Assembly (NCBI GenBank): GCA_951406725.2
Contig: OX597824.1
Span: forward strand, 12,462,001-12,526,000
Length of the DNA: 64,000 nucleotides
Origin: Octopus vulgaris
Taxonomy: Eukaryota
Direction: 5' to 3'
In this document: positions 12,514 through 41,984 of the stretch, piece by piece
Position numbering within the stretch: position 1 is the first letter of the stretch
Layout: each line of letters starts with the position of its first letter
Program-made: the position numbers and the translations under genes
Notes under the pieces: model-generated
What the model was told of the DNA's origin: nothing
The model's input: only the letters and a program-made list of their open reading frames with translations
Databases searched by the model: none

Positions 12514-12905
12514 CTTTTCTACTCTAGGCACATGGCCCGAAATTTTTGGGGAGCGGGCCAGTCGATTAGATCGACCCTAGTGCGCAACTGGTACATACTT
12601 AATCGACCCCGAAAGGATGAAAGGCAAAGTCGTCCTCGGCGAAATTTGAAGTCCGAGCATAAAGAGACAAAATACCTATTTGTTTACTACCCACAAGGGG
12701 CTAAACATAGAGGGGACAAACAAGGACAGACAAACGGATTAAGTCGATTATATCGACTCCAGTGCGTAACTTGTACTTATTTAATCGACCCCGAAAGGAT
12801 GAAAGGCAAAGTCGACCTCGGCGTAATTTGAACTCAGAACGTAGCGGCAGACGAAATACTGCTAAGCATTTCGCCCGGCGTGCTAACGATTTTGCCAGCT
12901 CGCCG
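12514..12905 (-). mobile_element. SINE family 2 composite with target-site duplication
   Basis: Flanked by the direct repeat ccttaacacttcaaaatatt (12494-12513 and 12906-12925). Confidence 0.8.
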
Positions 12906-13734
12906 CCTTAACACTTCAAAATATTTAGTGACGTCTACTGCATGAAAACTTGTGTGTGTTTAAGTATACATATGCATTTGTGGTGAAGGCGAATGGCCTA
13001 GTGGTGGTGATTGTTTAGCGTGTTGGGTTCACGATCGTGGGTTCAATTCAGAGACCAGGCGGTGCGTTGTGATTTACAATAAGGGATTTCGTTTTATTCT
13101 GCACAAGCACATTCTGTTGGAAATGTATATCTGTGGCGCCTGGCAATTGACTCTGGGACAAATAGTTAAACCTTTCAGGCGAGAACCTTGTGTCTCCAGC
13201 CTTGAAAATCCGATGTGAATGTGCGTATGTGTGCGTGTGTGCGTGTGTGTGTGTGTGTGTGCGTGTATGTGTGTGTGCGTGCGTGTGGGTATGTGTGTGT
13301 GCGTGTATGTGTGTGTGTGTTCGTGCGCGCGTGTGTACGTGCGTGCGTGTGTGTGTCTGTGTGTGTGTGTGTGTGTATGTGTGTGTGTGTGCGTGCGTGC
13401 ATGCATGCAAGTGATGTTGGTTAGCTGGGTGGAGATGTTGGTGTATGCAATTCTTAGGTGGGCATTGTGAAAGGTTGGTGCTTGCTGTTGGTCGTGCAGC
13501 GGGGTCGGGTACGCACTGTAGCATGATTCCCGACAGAACAGTTCAGGACAACATCCACCACATGTGGTACAATTCAAGGAAGGTCAGTAATAAAACCTGA
13601 TTTCCGAGGGAGTTCTCATTCTGTGGGACCAATCCAGAGCTTTGGTTCAATCATCATTAAGTTGATGGCAGCCCTCAATATAACCTGTTGCGATCTCATT
13701 TTCAAAGGTTAGATAGTTTTATAGATCAGATTTG

Positions 13735-14035
13735 CTGGCTTCTTTCAGTTTCCCTGTACCAAATCCACTCACAAGACCTTGATCGGCCTGGGTATTTCGT
13801 CTATCTTTACGTTCGGAGTTCAAATTCCGTCGAGAACGACTTTGCCTTTCATCTTTTCGGGGTCGAAAATTAAGTACCAGTTGCGCACTAAGGTCGATCT
13901 AATCGGCTGGCCCGCTCCCCAAAAATTTCGGGCCTTGTGTCTAGAGTAGAAAAGAATATTTTGAAGATGCCACGCAATGGGCCTGAACCCAGGACCACAT
14001 GGTTGGGAAGCAAGCTTCTTAACCACACAGCCACA
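13735..14035. mobile_element. SINE family 1 (-) interrupted by a family 2 fragment (+, ~13790-13960)
   Basis: Family 1 segments lie on both sides of a family 2 core. Confidence 0.65.
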
Positions 14036-14160
14036 GCTTTACCTATATAGCCACGCCTGAGCCTTTATGGCCACGCCTGCGCCTTTATGGCCACGCCTGC
14101 GCCTTTATGGCCACGCCTGCGCCTTTATGGCCACGCCTTTGCCAATATATCCACGCCTAC
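14029..14160. repeat. 20-bp minisatellite (ggccacgcctgcgcctttat), ~6 copies
   Basis: Visible tandem units abutting the SINE head. Confidence 0.85.
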
Positions 14161-14221
14161 ACGGATACGTTGATAGATAGATAGATAGATAAATACATAC
14201 ATACATACATATATACATACA

Positions 14222-14255
<34 letters not shown>

Positions 14256-14271
14256 CATGCATGCATAAATA

Positions 14272-14329
<58 letters not shown>

Positions 14330-15460
14330 TTTTACAGAAAAAAACCTGTTTTCCCAGTGTTACTCAGTATTAAATGCATTGAAGAAGACAACTTGATTTT
14401 AAGATAAGTTTCTCACGGTTGAGTCACTGTTTTATATCTCAAGCCACAGGTATGTCTGACCTGATTTATTTGTTAGATTCAGTATATCTGGAAGGAGAAT
14501 CCTATGTACTAGATAACCATCTGAAAACTCGGCGGTTTGTACCTCCTCACGGGTATTGATACGTGTCGTTGGATCCAGGTACCCAATTCTAGAATTTGAA
14601 ACTACTTCTATCCCACGTGTCCATGTTATCTATTAGGATATATTTCTTGTAATTTTCAGCAATTTATTTGATAACTGCAGCTTATTTTCATGCTGTTTGG
14701 TCTCGGGTCGTTCCAGTTTTTCAGCCGTTACCACAATATCTAACATTTGATCATGTAACCCTAAAGTTTCTAGGCCTACACTACTCAATATGCCCGTTTC
14801 TAAGATGACAGCCGTTGCCTGACGTGAAAGAAATTTGGCCAGTATATCTTGCAGGGTAAGCGATCAAGTACAGGCTACACCCGTGGTTAGTTTATTTTTC
14901 AGGTAACTAGATACGTCTTACATACAAAACAGCTGTCCAGCATAAATCCACGTGTTCACAATGGTCTGACGTTGAACGAGTGAGGGTAGGAGAGTTTCAT
15001 CGTCCTGCTCATATTTCAGACAGATTCACCTGAACATAGTACAGTGACTGCGGAGTTTAAACCAAGTTAATAATGTTACATCCTATCCGTACAGTCTACA
15101 CACCGTGATTCGTCTCTCTGAGCTTCAGTGAGCCAATATTTCAGTTACACCAGGCTCGTACCTAGTTGAAAACTACATTGCATGTAGGAGAGTGCAGTGC
15201 AGTTTGCGACTAGGTACGAATAGAATGCAACACGGCAATCTGGATATATCATATTATTTTCTCCACTGTCTAATCTGATCATCTATGCTTGTAGATTCGT
15301 GGTCATATCCGAAGATTCAGTTGGAAACCAGCAGTTGTTTTGCACTTGGCATTAATTTGGCTAAAAAAATTATTGCATTGGTCTGTACGTTTGTCTAAAC
15401 TTAGAGGATAATGTTCTTAGGGTGTTGGTGTAAAAGTGTCCTAGAGTGCGAGAAACCTGC

Positions 15461-16330
15461 ACATACATACATACATACATACATACATACATACATACAT
15501 ACATACATACATACATACATACATACATACATACGTACATGCATACAAACATACGTACATACATGCATACATACATACATACGTACGTACGTACATACAT
15601 ACATACATACATACATACATACACACGTACGTACATACATACATACATACATACATACATACATACGTACGCACGTGCGTACATACATACATACGTACGT
15701 ACGTACGTACATACATACATACAAACATACATGCATACATACATACATACATGCATACATACATAAGTACGTACGTACGTACATACATACATACATACAT
15801 ACACACGTACGTACATACATACATACATACATACATACATACACACGTACGTACATACATACATACATACATACATACATACATACATACATACATACAT
15901 ACATACATACATACATACATACATACATACATACATACATACATACATACATACATACATACATTCATACATACATACATACATATATACAATCATACAT
16001 ACATACATACATACATGCATGCATGCATGCATACATACATACATACATACATACATACATACATACATACATACATACATACATACAAGCAAACATACAT
16101 ACATACATTCATACATACATACATACATATATACAATCATACATACATACATACGTACGTACGTACATACATACATACATACATACATACATACATACAT
16201 ACATACATACATACATACATACATGCATACATACATACATACATGCATACATACATACATACAAGCAAACATACATACATACATACATACATACATACGT
16301 ACATACATACATACGTACATACATACATAC
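15461..16330. repeat. (CATA)n microsatellite
   Basis: Visible directly. Confidence 0.95.
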
Positions 16331-16434
16331 TCCGAACAATTTGAACAGGCGTATGCCATTGTACGGCAAAATACCTGGCATTGCTTAACAGAAAGCGATT
16401 TTATCTGCAGTAAAACAACGCAAGAGCTCATAAC

Positions 16435-16640
16435 TATTTCTTTACTACCCACCAGGGGCTACCCACAAGGGGCTAAACACAGTGGGGACAAACGGATTAA
16501 GTCGATTACATTGACCCCAGTGCGTAACTGATACTTAATTTATCGACCTCGAAAGGATGAAATGCAAAGTCGACCATGGCGGAATTTGAACTCAGAACGT
16601 AACGGCCGATGAAATACGGCTACGGATTTCGCCCGGCGCA
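16435..16640 (-). mobile_element. SINE family 2
   Basis: Reverse-complement core and tail. Confidence 0.7.
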
Positions 16641-16769
16641 GCAAGAGCTCATACCGCTCGAACGACCCAGAGTAAACTCCAGGAATTTGAGGGAATCGAA
16701 CTGGTGCCACGCCCAGTATATAGTCTGAACTCAGCTCCCTCGGATTATTATTGTTCTGATACATGGTCC

Positions 16770-17020
16770 TACTTCCTGCGCTTGCGATGCTTCATCAACA
16801 GAGAGGAGGTGGAAGCCCCAGTGAAGTTCTTCACCTCGAAGGACAAGAACTGGTATCAGTGTGCGATCGAATAACTGACAGAAAAGTGGCTTCAGACGCT
16901 GCAACACAATGGATTCTACTTCGAAAGTTAGGCAGCTTTTGTTGTAAATCGACGAATAAAACAAATAAGTTACAAAATATTGTTTTGGATTCAATACAAT
17001 ATTTTTATAGCGATGTAACT
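16770..17020 (+). mobile_element. Mariner transposase C-terminal remnant
   Basis: Translates FINREEVEAPVKFFTSKDKNWYQCAIE*LTEKWLQTLQHNGFYFES*, resembling the mariner C-terminus (FF.SK...FY..GI..L..RW......NG.YF). Confidence 0.65.
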
Positions 17021-17254
17021 AAATACATATAACATGCTGTTATCAGTAATGCAAACGTAAGCGTTAGTTAACTCAAGGTTATTATCGGGTTGGGTACAGC
17101 TATTACATAATATTTGCGTAACTAAAGATAACCTTTTTAATAGACGTGTAAAATTACATACTGGAGTTTAACGGCATTTGTTTAAAAAAACTTGGTTGAG
17201 AAAAACATAATCAGTTGTACTTAAGACAGCATTATTGCAACAATAACCGCTACT

Positions 17255-33322
<16,068 letters not shown>

Positions 33323-33663
33323 TATAATTTGGATAGCGAGAAGATATCTTTTGGAAAGTAGAGGAAAATTTTCATCGCAGAATACTGGCAGATCCGCGAT
33401 AGTAAATTATAGTAACTCTCTATGCTTTCACTCTGAGTAGTTCTCCAACAATATTATTCGATAGACACACATGGTAATATATGTATGCTGGTATATCAAT
33501 AGGAATATATGCGGATATGCACCGTGACATATAGAGAATAGAAATAGACAAACTTTCGAGAAATATGGTGGACAAAATGTCTTCCTTTCCCTTCGTAATT
33601 TCCTTGAGTTACAGTTTTCTTTATGTTGCTAATTCGTGTACACTCCTTCGTATAATTCACGCC

Positions 33664-33669
33664 AATAAA
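33664..33669 (+). terminator. Candidate polyadenylation signal of CYP copy A
   Basis: AATAAA ~340 nt after the stop, retained in the mirrored position of copy B (TTTATT 44710-44715). No transcript evidence. Confidence 0.4.
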
Positions 33670-34050
33670 ACTATAAGATAAATTATCATTTCGTTTTTTG
33701 CATTGGCTTTGCAAGATTCTTTGTGTGAATTCGTGTGTTGATAGAAATTTTGTTGTGTCCAGGGAGAGACATTATGCAAGGAGTAATAACACACATACTG
33801 GCTCGATTCCGGTCCTTTTTTATTAGTCAATTGGTTAGAAATCCAACTGACTAATAGATTGTTTGTTTAACTTGGTTAAACAGTCGATCGTCTGTTTTGC
33901 CTTTGTTTGTTTGTTTGTTTGTTTTTTTGTCAAAGATCTTTCGTTGCTATTTGCAAAATGTTCGATGAATATTTTTAGTCTTTTATGGAAGCTGCGTTTG
34001 TCTGAGACATTGTTGCGCGCCAATGTGCGCGTGAGCTTGAGTGCTTCTGT

Positions 34051-34129
34051 ATGCATGTAAGTACGTATGTATGTATATACGTATATATGTATGTATATAT
34101 ATATGCATGCATGTATGTATGTATGTACG

Positions 34130-34165
<36 letters not shown>

Positions 34166-34190
34166 TGTATGTATGTATGTATGTACGTAC

Positions 34191-34223
<33 letters not shown>

Positions 34224-34360
34224 TGTATGTATGTATGTATGTATGTATGTATGTATGTATGTATGTATGTATGTATGTATGTATGTATGTATGTATGTAT
34301 GTATGTATGTATGTATGTATGTATGTATGTATGTATGTATGTACGTATGTATGTACGTAC

Positions 34361-34393
<33 letters not shown>

Positions 34394-34448
34394 TGTATGT
34401 ATGTATGTATGTATGTATGTATGTATGTATGTATGTACGTACGTATGC

Positions 34449-34481
<33 letters not shown>

Positions 34482-34590
34482 TGTATGTATGTATGTATGT
34501 ATGTATGTATGCATGCATGTATGTATGTATGTATGTATGCATGTATGTATTATGTATGCATGCATGCATGTACGATATACGTATGTATTG
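34051..34590. repeat. (TATG)n microsatellite
   Basis: Visible directly. Confidence 0.95.
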
Positions 34591-35312
34591 CAGAATTTTT
34601 AGAAAAGTTGCACGTTTGAGATTCTTTCATTGAAAGATTTAGAGGGAGCTTGGACAAGGAATGAGCAGTTCTTCCAGCAATGTGGAAGGTAGCTCTAATA
34701 CCAGAAGATGCAACGTTGAAAGGTTAGATTTTATTTCCTCCCATTTAGTGAAAGTGACAAAAAGATATGGTTTTCCATATGTCCTGACATGTCACAGCAT
34801 ATTGTGGTCGTTCGGGTATATATCGAGGGCCACCTGTAAATGATGATGGGGTGGATAATAAGTTGCCCCATGTTTTGAATGTCACCATCTGTCCCCAGAG
34901 CATCTTGGAGATGAACATACGTTTTAGCCCTTACCTTTTTTTAATCGTTGCGAATGTAGAGGAGAAACTGGCTCTCCAATTTAGGTACTGCTGAAATAGA
35001 TTACGATACATACTTAGTTGATTTGATTGTTCTGGTCTTAACATCAGTTAGTTAGAATAGAAGTCATTTGACGACACCCTTTTGTTTGTAATTGGCTCAC
35101 CTGTCGCAGGTTCAATCCGAGGAATATTGAAATTAAACCCACTTGTCTATTCCACAGAATAAGAGGATACTGGAGAGCATCATAAGCAGGATGAGTCTCT
35201 GGAACACGTTTAAGCTTGTTATCTCGAGCACGAGTGAGAAAATCACGATTTTCATGGGGACCATCTACCATGGCGATGGCTATTTTATTAGAAATGGACT
35301 CATTAAAACGCC
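34590..35312 (-). mobile_element. Autonomous Helitron (Rep-Hel) remnant, arm A
   Basis: RRFN, RDNKLKRVPETHPAYDALQYPL, PSSFTGGPRY, YGKP.LFVTF, KWEEI, VASSGI.AT...GRTAHS..KLPLN. Confidence 0.85.
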
Positions 35313-36299
35313 GTAAAACGCCCTTTGCTATAGTTTACTATAAACGTAACAAACGCGGAAACCAGCACAAACTCACAGACACATAGGCACTCATCGAATT
35401 GATAATATTGAAATCAGCAAATTTCACTCGTCGCTCCGTTCTGGGTTCAAAATCCGTTGACTTTGCCTTTCATCATTTCGGGGTCGATAAGTTAAGTACC
35501 AGTTGCGTACTAGGGTCGATCTAATCGATTGCCCCCACTCCCCCAAAATGTCGGGCCTTTTGCCTAGAGTAGAAAAGAAAGAAGAATATTGAAAACAGTA
35601 AAACGGACACACACAGAGTTCAAGCGAAACGAAATGTAATCAATATAGGTCCAAAACATACTTTCTGTAGCATAGTTATGCTATAAAAGGTTTTTTAAAG
35701 GAATATTTCCAAAAGAAATATTCCATCGTCGGAATGTCACCAATCTAGCAAAAATTATTGTGCGTCACCAATGTAACAAAGTGCAGAGAGTCAACATTTA
35801 TTTGGAACATGAACTAAATAAAAGGATTGAAAATGGAGATTTCGGAAATAAACCTAGCACTGGAAAAAAAATAAATAACAAAACGGGAGAAAACTCAACC
35901 TTACAACAGGATACGAACAATTACCGAACTCGACGAATCAACATAAAACTGTAAATGAAATGGAAAATGAAAAATGTATAAAAAGAGAAAATTCTAAGTA
36001 TGGAAACATTGAACAATGTGCGCATCCGAGATAAAAGCAAAAAACAAAGAATAATGTCAGTAGTTAGACAGCTTTGCGATTTACCTACGAATCAGTTGGT
36101 ATGAAAAGCAACTGTGGTTGTTTGATTAATACAAACGTTCGATTCCAACGCAAAACAATATTATCAATACTAAGCAAAGATAAAATAGAAACAGATATGG
36201 CATTGACAGCAAGAAAGAGAAGGCTTTTGAGGAGAGGCAGTGTGTGGAAAGCATCCAGTCCCCGCATACTAGACAAATCTCACGACCAACTATATACGG

Positions 36300-36887
36300 A
36301 ATGTGCGTGCGCGTGGAGGTATATGTTGTGTGTATGTATATGTGTCGGTGTGTATGTGAATTAATGTGTGTTTGTACGTGTGTATGTGTGTGTGCGTGTA
36401 TTGTATATATATATGTAAATGTGTGTGCGTACGTGCATGGGAGTGAATGTATGTATGTATGTGCGTGTGTACAAATGTAGGGGTTTATATGTGTGTTTAT
36501 ATGTTTATATGTGTGTATATATATATACATGCAAGGACACACTTCGCAACTGAAAGATTGATGGAAAAGACTCTTGCGGTGCGGGCGCATGCGAATCTAC
36601 AGGCACACACGCACACGCTCCGGCGTACGCCCGAAATAAAGCATGCGTGCATGCATGTATGTATGTGTGCGTGCGCGCGCGCATGCATGTGTGCGCGTGT
36701 GCATGCGAGTGTGTATGTAGGTATGTGTGTGTGTATGTATGTATGTATGTATGTATATGTGAGTGTGTATGTGTGTATGTCTGTATGTATGTATGTCCGT
36801 ATGAGCATATGTAAGTATGTGTGTATGTGTATGTGTATGTGTGTATGTGTGTGTATGTATGTGTGTATGTATGTATGTATGTATGTA

Positions 36888-36918
<31 letters not shown>

Positions 36919-37005
36919 GTGTATGTGTGTAAGTGTGTGTCTGTATGTATGTATGTATGTAAGTATGTGTGTGTGTGTGTATGTATGTATGTGTGCATGC
37001 GTGTA

Positions 37006-37037
<32 letters not shown>

Positions 37038-37670
37038 CATGCATGTGCGTATGTATGTGTGTGTGTGTGCATGTGTGTATGTATATGTGTATGTGCATAT
37101 GTGTGTGTGTGTATGTATGTGTGTGTATGTATGTGTGTGTGTGTATGTATGTATGTGTGTATGCGTGTGTGTATATATGTATGTGTGTATGTATGTGTGT
37201 ATGTATGTATGTGTGTGTGTATGTGTATGTGTGTGTGTGTATGTATGTATGTATGTATGAATGAAAGTATGAATGTATGTATGTATGTGTGCGTACGTAT
37301 GTGTATGTATGTGTGTGAATGTATGCGTGTGTGCGCGGGGTTTCCTCTGGAGTTGTGTGCGCGTAATGTATGTATGTATGCGTGTGTGTGTGTGTGTGTG
37401 TATGTATGCGTGTGTGAGTGTATGTGTGTATGTCTGTATGTATGTATGTCTTGTGTATGTGTATGTGTGTGTGTATGTATGTATGTGTGTAGGTATGTAT
37501 GTGTGTGTGTATGTGTGTGTGTATGTATGTATGTATGTATGTGTGTATGTGTGTAAGTGTGTGTAAGTGTATGTATGTAGGTATGTATGTGTGCGCGCGT
37601 GCATGCATGCACGTATGTGTGTATGTATGTATACACACACACATATATATATGTATGTGTGTGTGTGTGT
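36300..37670. repeat. TG/TATG-rich low-complexity tract
   Basis: Visible directly; arm-A specific. Confidence 0.9.
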
Positions 37671-37875
37671 GTTTGTGTTTGTCTCTCCAACATCGCTTGA
37701 CAACCGATGCTGGTGTGTTTGCGTCCCCGTAACTTAGCGGTTCGGCAAAAGAGACCGATAGAATAAGTGCTAGGCTTCCAAAGAATAAGTCCTGGGACGA
37801 TTAGCTCGACTAAAAACAGTACTCCAGCATGGCCACAGTCAAATGACTGAAACAAGTAAAAAGAGAGCAAAGAGT
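37640..37875 (+). mobile_element. SINE family 1, 3' half (mirror of 41522-41714)
   Basis: Shares diagnostic variants (cctgggacgattagctcgactaaaaacagtactcc) with the arm-B copy. Confidence 0.85.
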
Positions 37876-37919
37876 ATGTATTACAAGGCCGCCGAATACT
37901 GTGATATTTGCCTTGATTG

Positions 37920-37981
37920 AGTGAATGATGGATTGATTGATTGATTGATTGATAGATAAACAGACAGACAGACAGACAGAC

Positions 37982-38024
<43 letters not shown>

Positions 38025-38032
38025 GAGAGATG

Positions 38033-38100
<68 letters not shown>

Positions 38101-38131
38101 GTGAATGATTGATTGATTGATTGATAGATAA

Positions 38132-38176
<45 letters not shown>

Positions 38177-38187
38177 TAGACAGACAG

Positions 38188-38218
<31 letters not shown>

Positions 38219-38364
38219 TGGATAGATAGATGGATAGATTGATGGATAGATTGATAGAGGGAGAGAGAGAGAAAGATTGAGAGATAGGAAGATAGATAGA
38301 TAGATAGATAGATAGATTGAGAGAGAGAGAGAGAGAGATGGATAGATAGATGGATAGATTGATG

Positions 38365-38440
<76 letters not shown>

Positions 38441-38452
38441 TTGAGAGCTAGG

Positions 38453-38484
<32 letters not shown>

Positions 38485-38490
38485 AAGATA
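37920..38490. repeat. (GATT)/(GACA)/(GATA) compound microsatellite
   Basis: Visible directly; mirrored at 41100-41470. Confidence 0.95.
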
Positions 38491-38855
38491 GAGTCCTAGG
38501 GTCGATTTGCTCTACTAAAGGCTATGCTCCAGCATGGCCACAGTCAAATGACTGAAACATGTAAAAGAGTAAAAGAGAGTAAGGAGAAGGCTTTTATGCA
38601 GTCACGGAGAATATGCAGAGAAATACTGACCTAAAATTGAGAGTTATTTCCCTTGAGACATTTTTCTTACGATATTCATGCGAAATTTATCAGAAATCTC
38701 ACCTACTTTTGGAGTTCGTTAACCTCTTTGTTGGATATTCCAATGTTAAACAGTTATCACTTGCACTGGAGCGGCCGATAAGATTCGCTACTGTACAACA
38801 ACAAAAACAACAACAACAGTAACAAGAATATCATCCGTACGTATATATATATGTA

Positions 38856-39228
38856 CTAGCAGTATCGCCCGGCGTTGCTCAGGTTTGTAAGGGAAATAAC
38901 TATAAAGCATTTTTAGAGAGTTATAGCCAAAAAATGGAAAAAAATGATGGTAAATTTTTTTTGAGAGTAAAAAAAGGTGGAGTTGCGTCCCCTAGACGGT
39001 CTGTGGTTTGTGTTTCTGATTCTCGACCCCATGTCGAATTTATCGATTTTTTTCAGAACTGGGGGAACTTTTCAAAATTTTCGCTGCGTTAGTTTTGAAT
39101 TATGACATTGGGCTATGTGTGTGTCAAGTTTCATCAGAATCGGTTGAAAGCCGTGGTCAGGGTGAGGGTACAACCTGACAGACACACAGAAACACACACA
39201 GACAAACTGCCGTTTATATAGAGAGAGA
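38856..39228 (-). mobile_element. Non-autonomous Helitron in the palindrome spacer
   Basis: Same termini and body as 20371-20754. Confidence 0.85.
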
Positions 39229-39384
39229 TGTATGTACGAGTATGCATATCTATGCCTATGCATGTATACGTATGAATAAGGTGGTGCTCCATCATGGCCG
39301 TAATGAAATGACTGAAACAAATAAAAGGGTTAAAGAATATATATACACACACACGCATTTGATAAATAGTTTATAGTATGAGTA

Positions 39385-39385
39385 T

Positions 39386-39419
<34 letters not shown>

Positions 39420-39494
39420 ACAAACACACAAACACACGCACGCACACACACACACACACAAACACACACAAACACACACAAACACAAAGACACG

Positions 39495-39539
<45 letters not shown>

Positions 39540-39671
39540 AAACACACAAACACACGCACGCACACACACACACACACACACAACACACAAACGCATACAC
39601 ACAAACACACGCACGCACACACACACACACACAAACACACACAAACACACACAAACACAAAGACACGCACG

Positions 39672-39703
<32 letters not shown>

Positions 39704-39888
39704 AATACACACACATACACGCACACAAACACACACACAAACACACACACACAAACACACACACACAAACACACACACAAACACGACTCAAACACACACA
39801 CACACACACACAAACACGTACACACACACACGCACACAAACACACACACAAAGACACACACACAAACATGCACACAAACACACACACA

Positions 39889-39930
<42 letters not shown>

Positions 39931-39935
39931 AACAC
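39385..39935. repeat. (CA)-rich tract at the palindrome centre
   Basis: Visible directly. Confidence 0.95.
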
Positions 39936-40299
39936 GCAGGAGAACAAATCGTAGATTGAAGATATTAATATAAAGTTTGATGCAAGACGGAGCAAATTTT
40001 TAGGGGAGGTAACAAGATATTCGCAAAAGTTACTTCCCTTGAATATAATTTGATTTAAATGTGAAAGCGTGAATTTTTATAGTTCTATGAATTTAGAGTA
40101 AGTTGACTCCTTCATAGACTGTCTTTATTACTTCTCGCAATTGATAACTGTTTAAAATTGGAATATTCAAGAAAGACACTAACGATCTCCAAAAATAGAT
40201 GAGATTTCTGATAAAACATCGCATGGATATCGTAAGAAAAAAGTCTCAAGGGAAATAACTCTCATTTTTACTTGATTATTTCTCTTCATATTCTTCGTG

Positions 40300-40526
40300 T
40301 CTCTTTTACAATTTTACTTGTTTCAGTCATTTGACTGTGGCCGTGCTGGAGCACCGACTTTAGTCGAACAAATTGACCTTAGGACTTATTCTTTGTAAGC
40401 CTAATACTTATTCTATCGGTCTCTTTTGCCGAACCGCTAAGTTTCGGGGACGTAAACACACCAGCATCGTTTGTCAAGCGCTGTTGGGGGGACAAACACA
40501 GACACAAAAACATATACACACACATG

Positions 40527-40598
<72 letters not shown>

Positions 40599-40690
40599 CA
40601 TATACACGACAGTTTCCGTCCACCAAATCCACTCACAAGGCTTTGGTCGGCGCAAGGCTAAGTAGAAGACACTTGCCCAAGATGCCACGC
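40300..40690 (-). mobile_element. SINE family 1, 5'-truncated
   Basis: Reverse complement of the family consensus. Confidence 0.8.
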
Positions 40691-40703
40691 CTTCCTTCAC
40701 AAA

Positions 40704-40821
<118 letters not shown>

Positions 40822-40869
40822 TTGTCTGTCTGTCTGTCTGTCTGTCTATATTTCAAAAAGGAAAAAAAA

Positions 40870-41065
40870 AGTTCACCCAGTTGTCGAAAGGGATTAGTAC
40901 CTGTAATTCCAAGGACCAGTCTTGTCACATTCTGTGTCATGCTGAACCTGCCTAAGAACTAAGTTAACGATACACGTGTCTGTTGAGTGCTCAGTCACTT
41001 TCTCCATAATTTCATCTGCAGCTTGTTTGGTTGACTGGAACCCTTGTCGTCATGACCGACGGTAT
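40870..41065 (+). mobile_element. SINE family 3, 3' fragment
   Basis: Similar to 58700-58872. Confidence 0.6.
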
Positions 41066-41104
41066 GCCAGTTTCTATCTCTCTTTCTCTCTCTCACTCTC
41101 TCTC

Positions 41105-41234
<130 letters not shown>

Positions 41235-41236
41235 GG

Positions 41237-41352
<116 letters not shown>

Positions 41353-41354
41353 CA

Positions 41355-41403
<49 letters not shown>

Positions 41404-41435
41404 GTCTGTCTGTCTGTCTGTCTGTCTGTTTATCT

Positions 41436-41473
<38 letters not shown>

Positions 41474-41521
41474 CACTCAATCAAGGCAAATATCACAGTA
41501 TTCGGCGGCCTTGTAATACAT

Positions 41522-41711
41522 ACTCTTTGCTCTCTTTTTACTTGTTTCAGTCATTTGACTGTGGCCATGCTGGAGTACTGTTTTTAGTCGAGCTAATCGT
41601 CCCAGGACTTATTCTTTGGAAGCCTAGTACTTATTCTATTGGTCTCTTTTGCCGAACCGCTAAGTTACGGGGACGCAAACACACCAGCATCTTTTTTCAA
41701 ACGATGTTGGA

Positions 41712-41786
<75 letters not shown>

Positions 41787-41984
41787 GCACACACACACAA
41801 ATATACACATACATATATATTGACGGGCTCCCTTCAGTTTACGTCTACCAAATCCACTTTCAAGGCTTTGGTCGGCCCGAGGCTATAGTAGAAGACACTT
41901 GCCCAAGGTGCCACGCAGTGGGACTGAACACGGAACCATGTGGTTCGTAAGCAAGCTACTTACCACACAGCCACTCCTACACCT
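41522..41984 (-). mobile_element. SINE family 1, full length
   Basis: Reverse complement of the family consensus. Confidence 0.85.

Noticed and set aside
14029-14160. Regularly spaced repeats resembling a CRISPR array
   Set aside because: Head-to-tail units with no unique spacers, eukaryotic context, no cas genes
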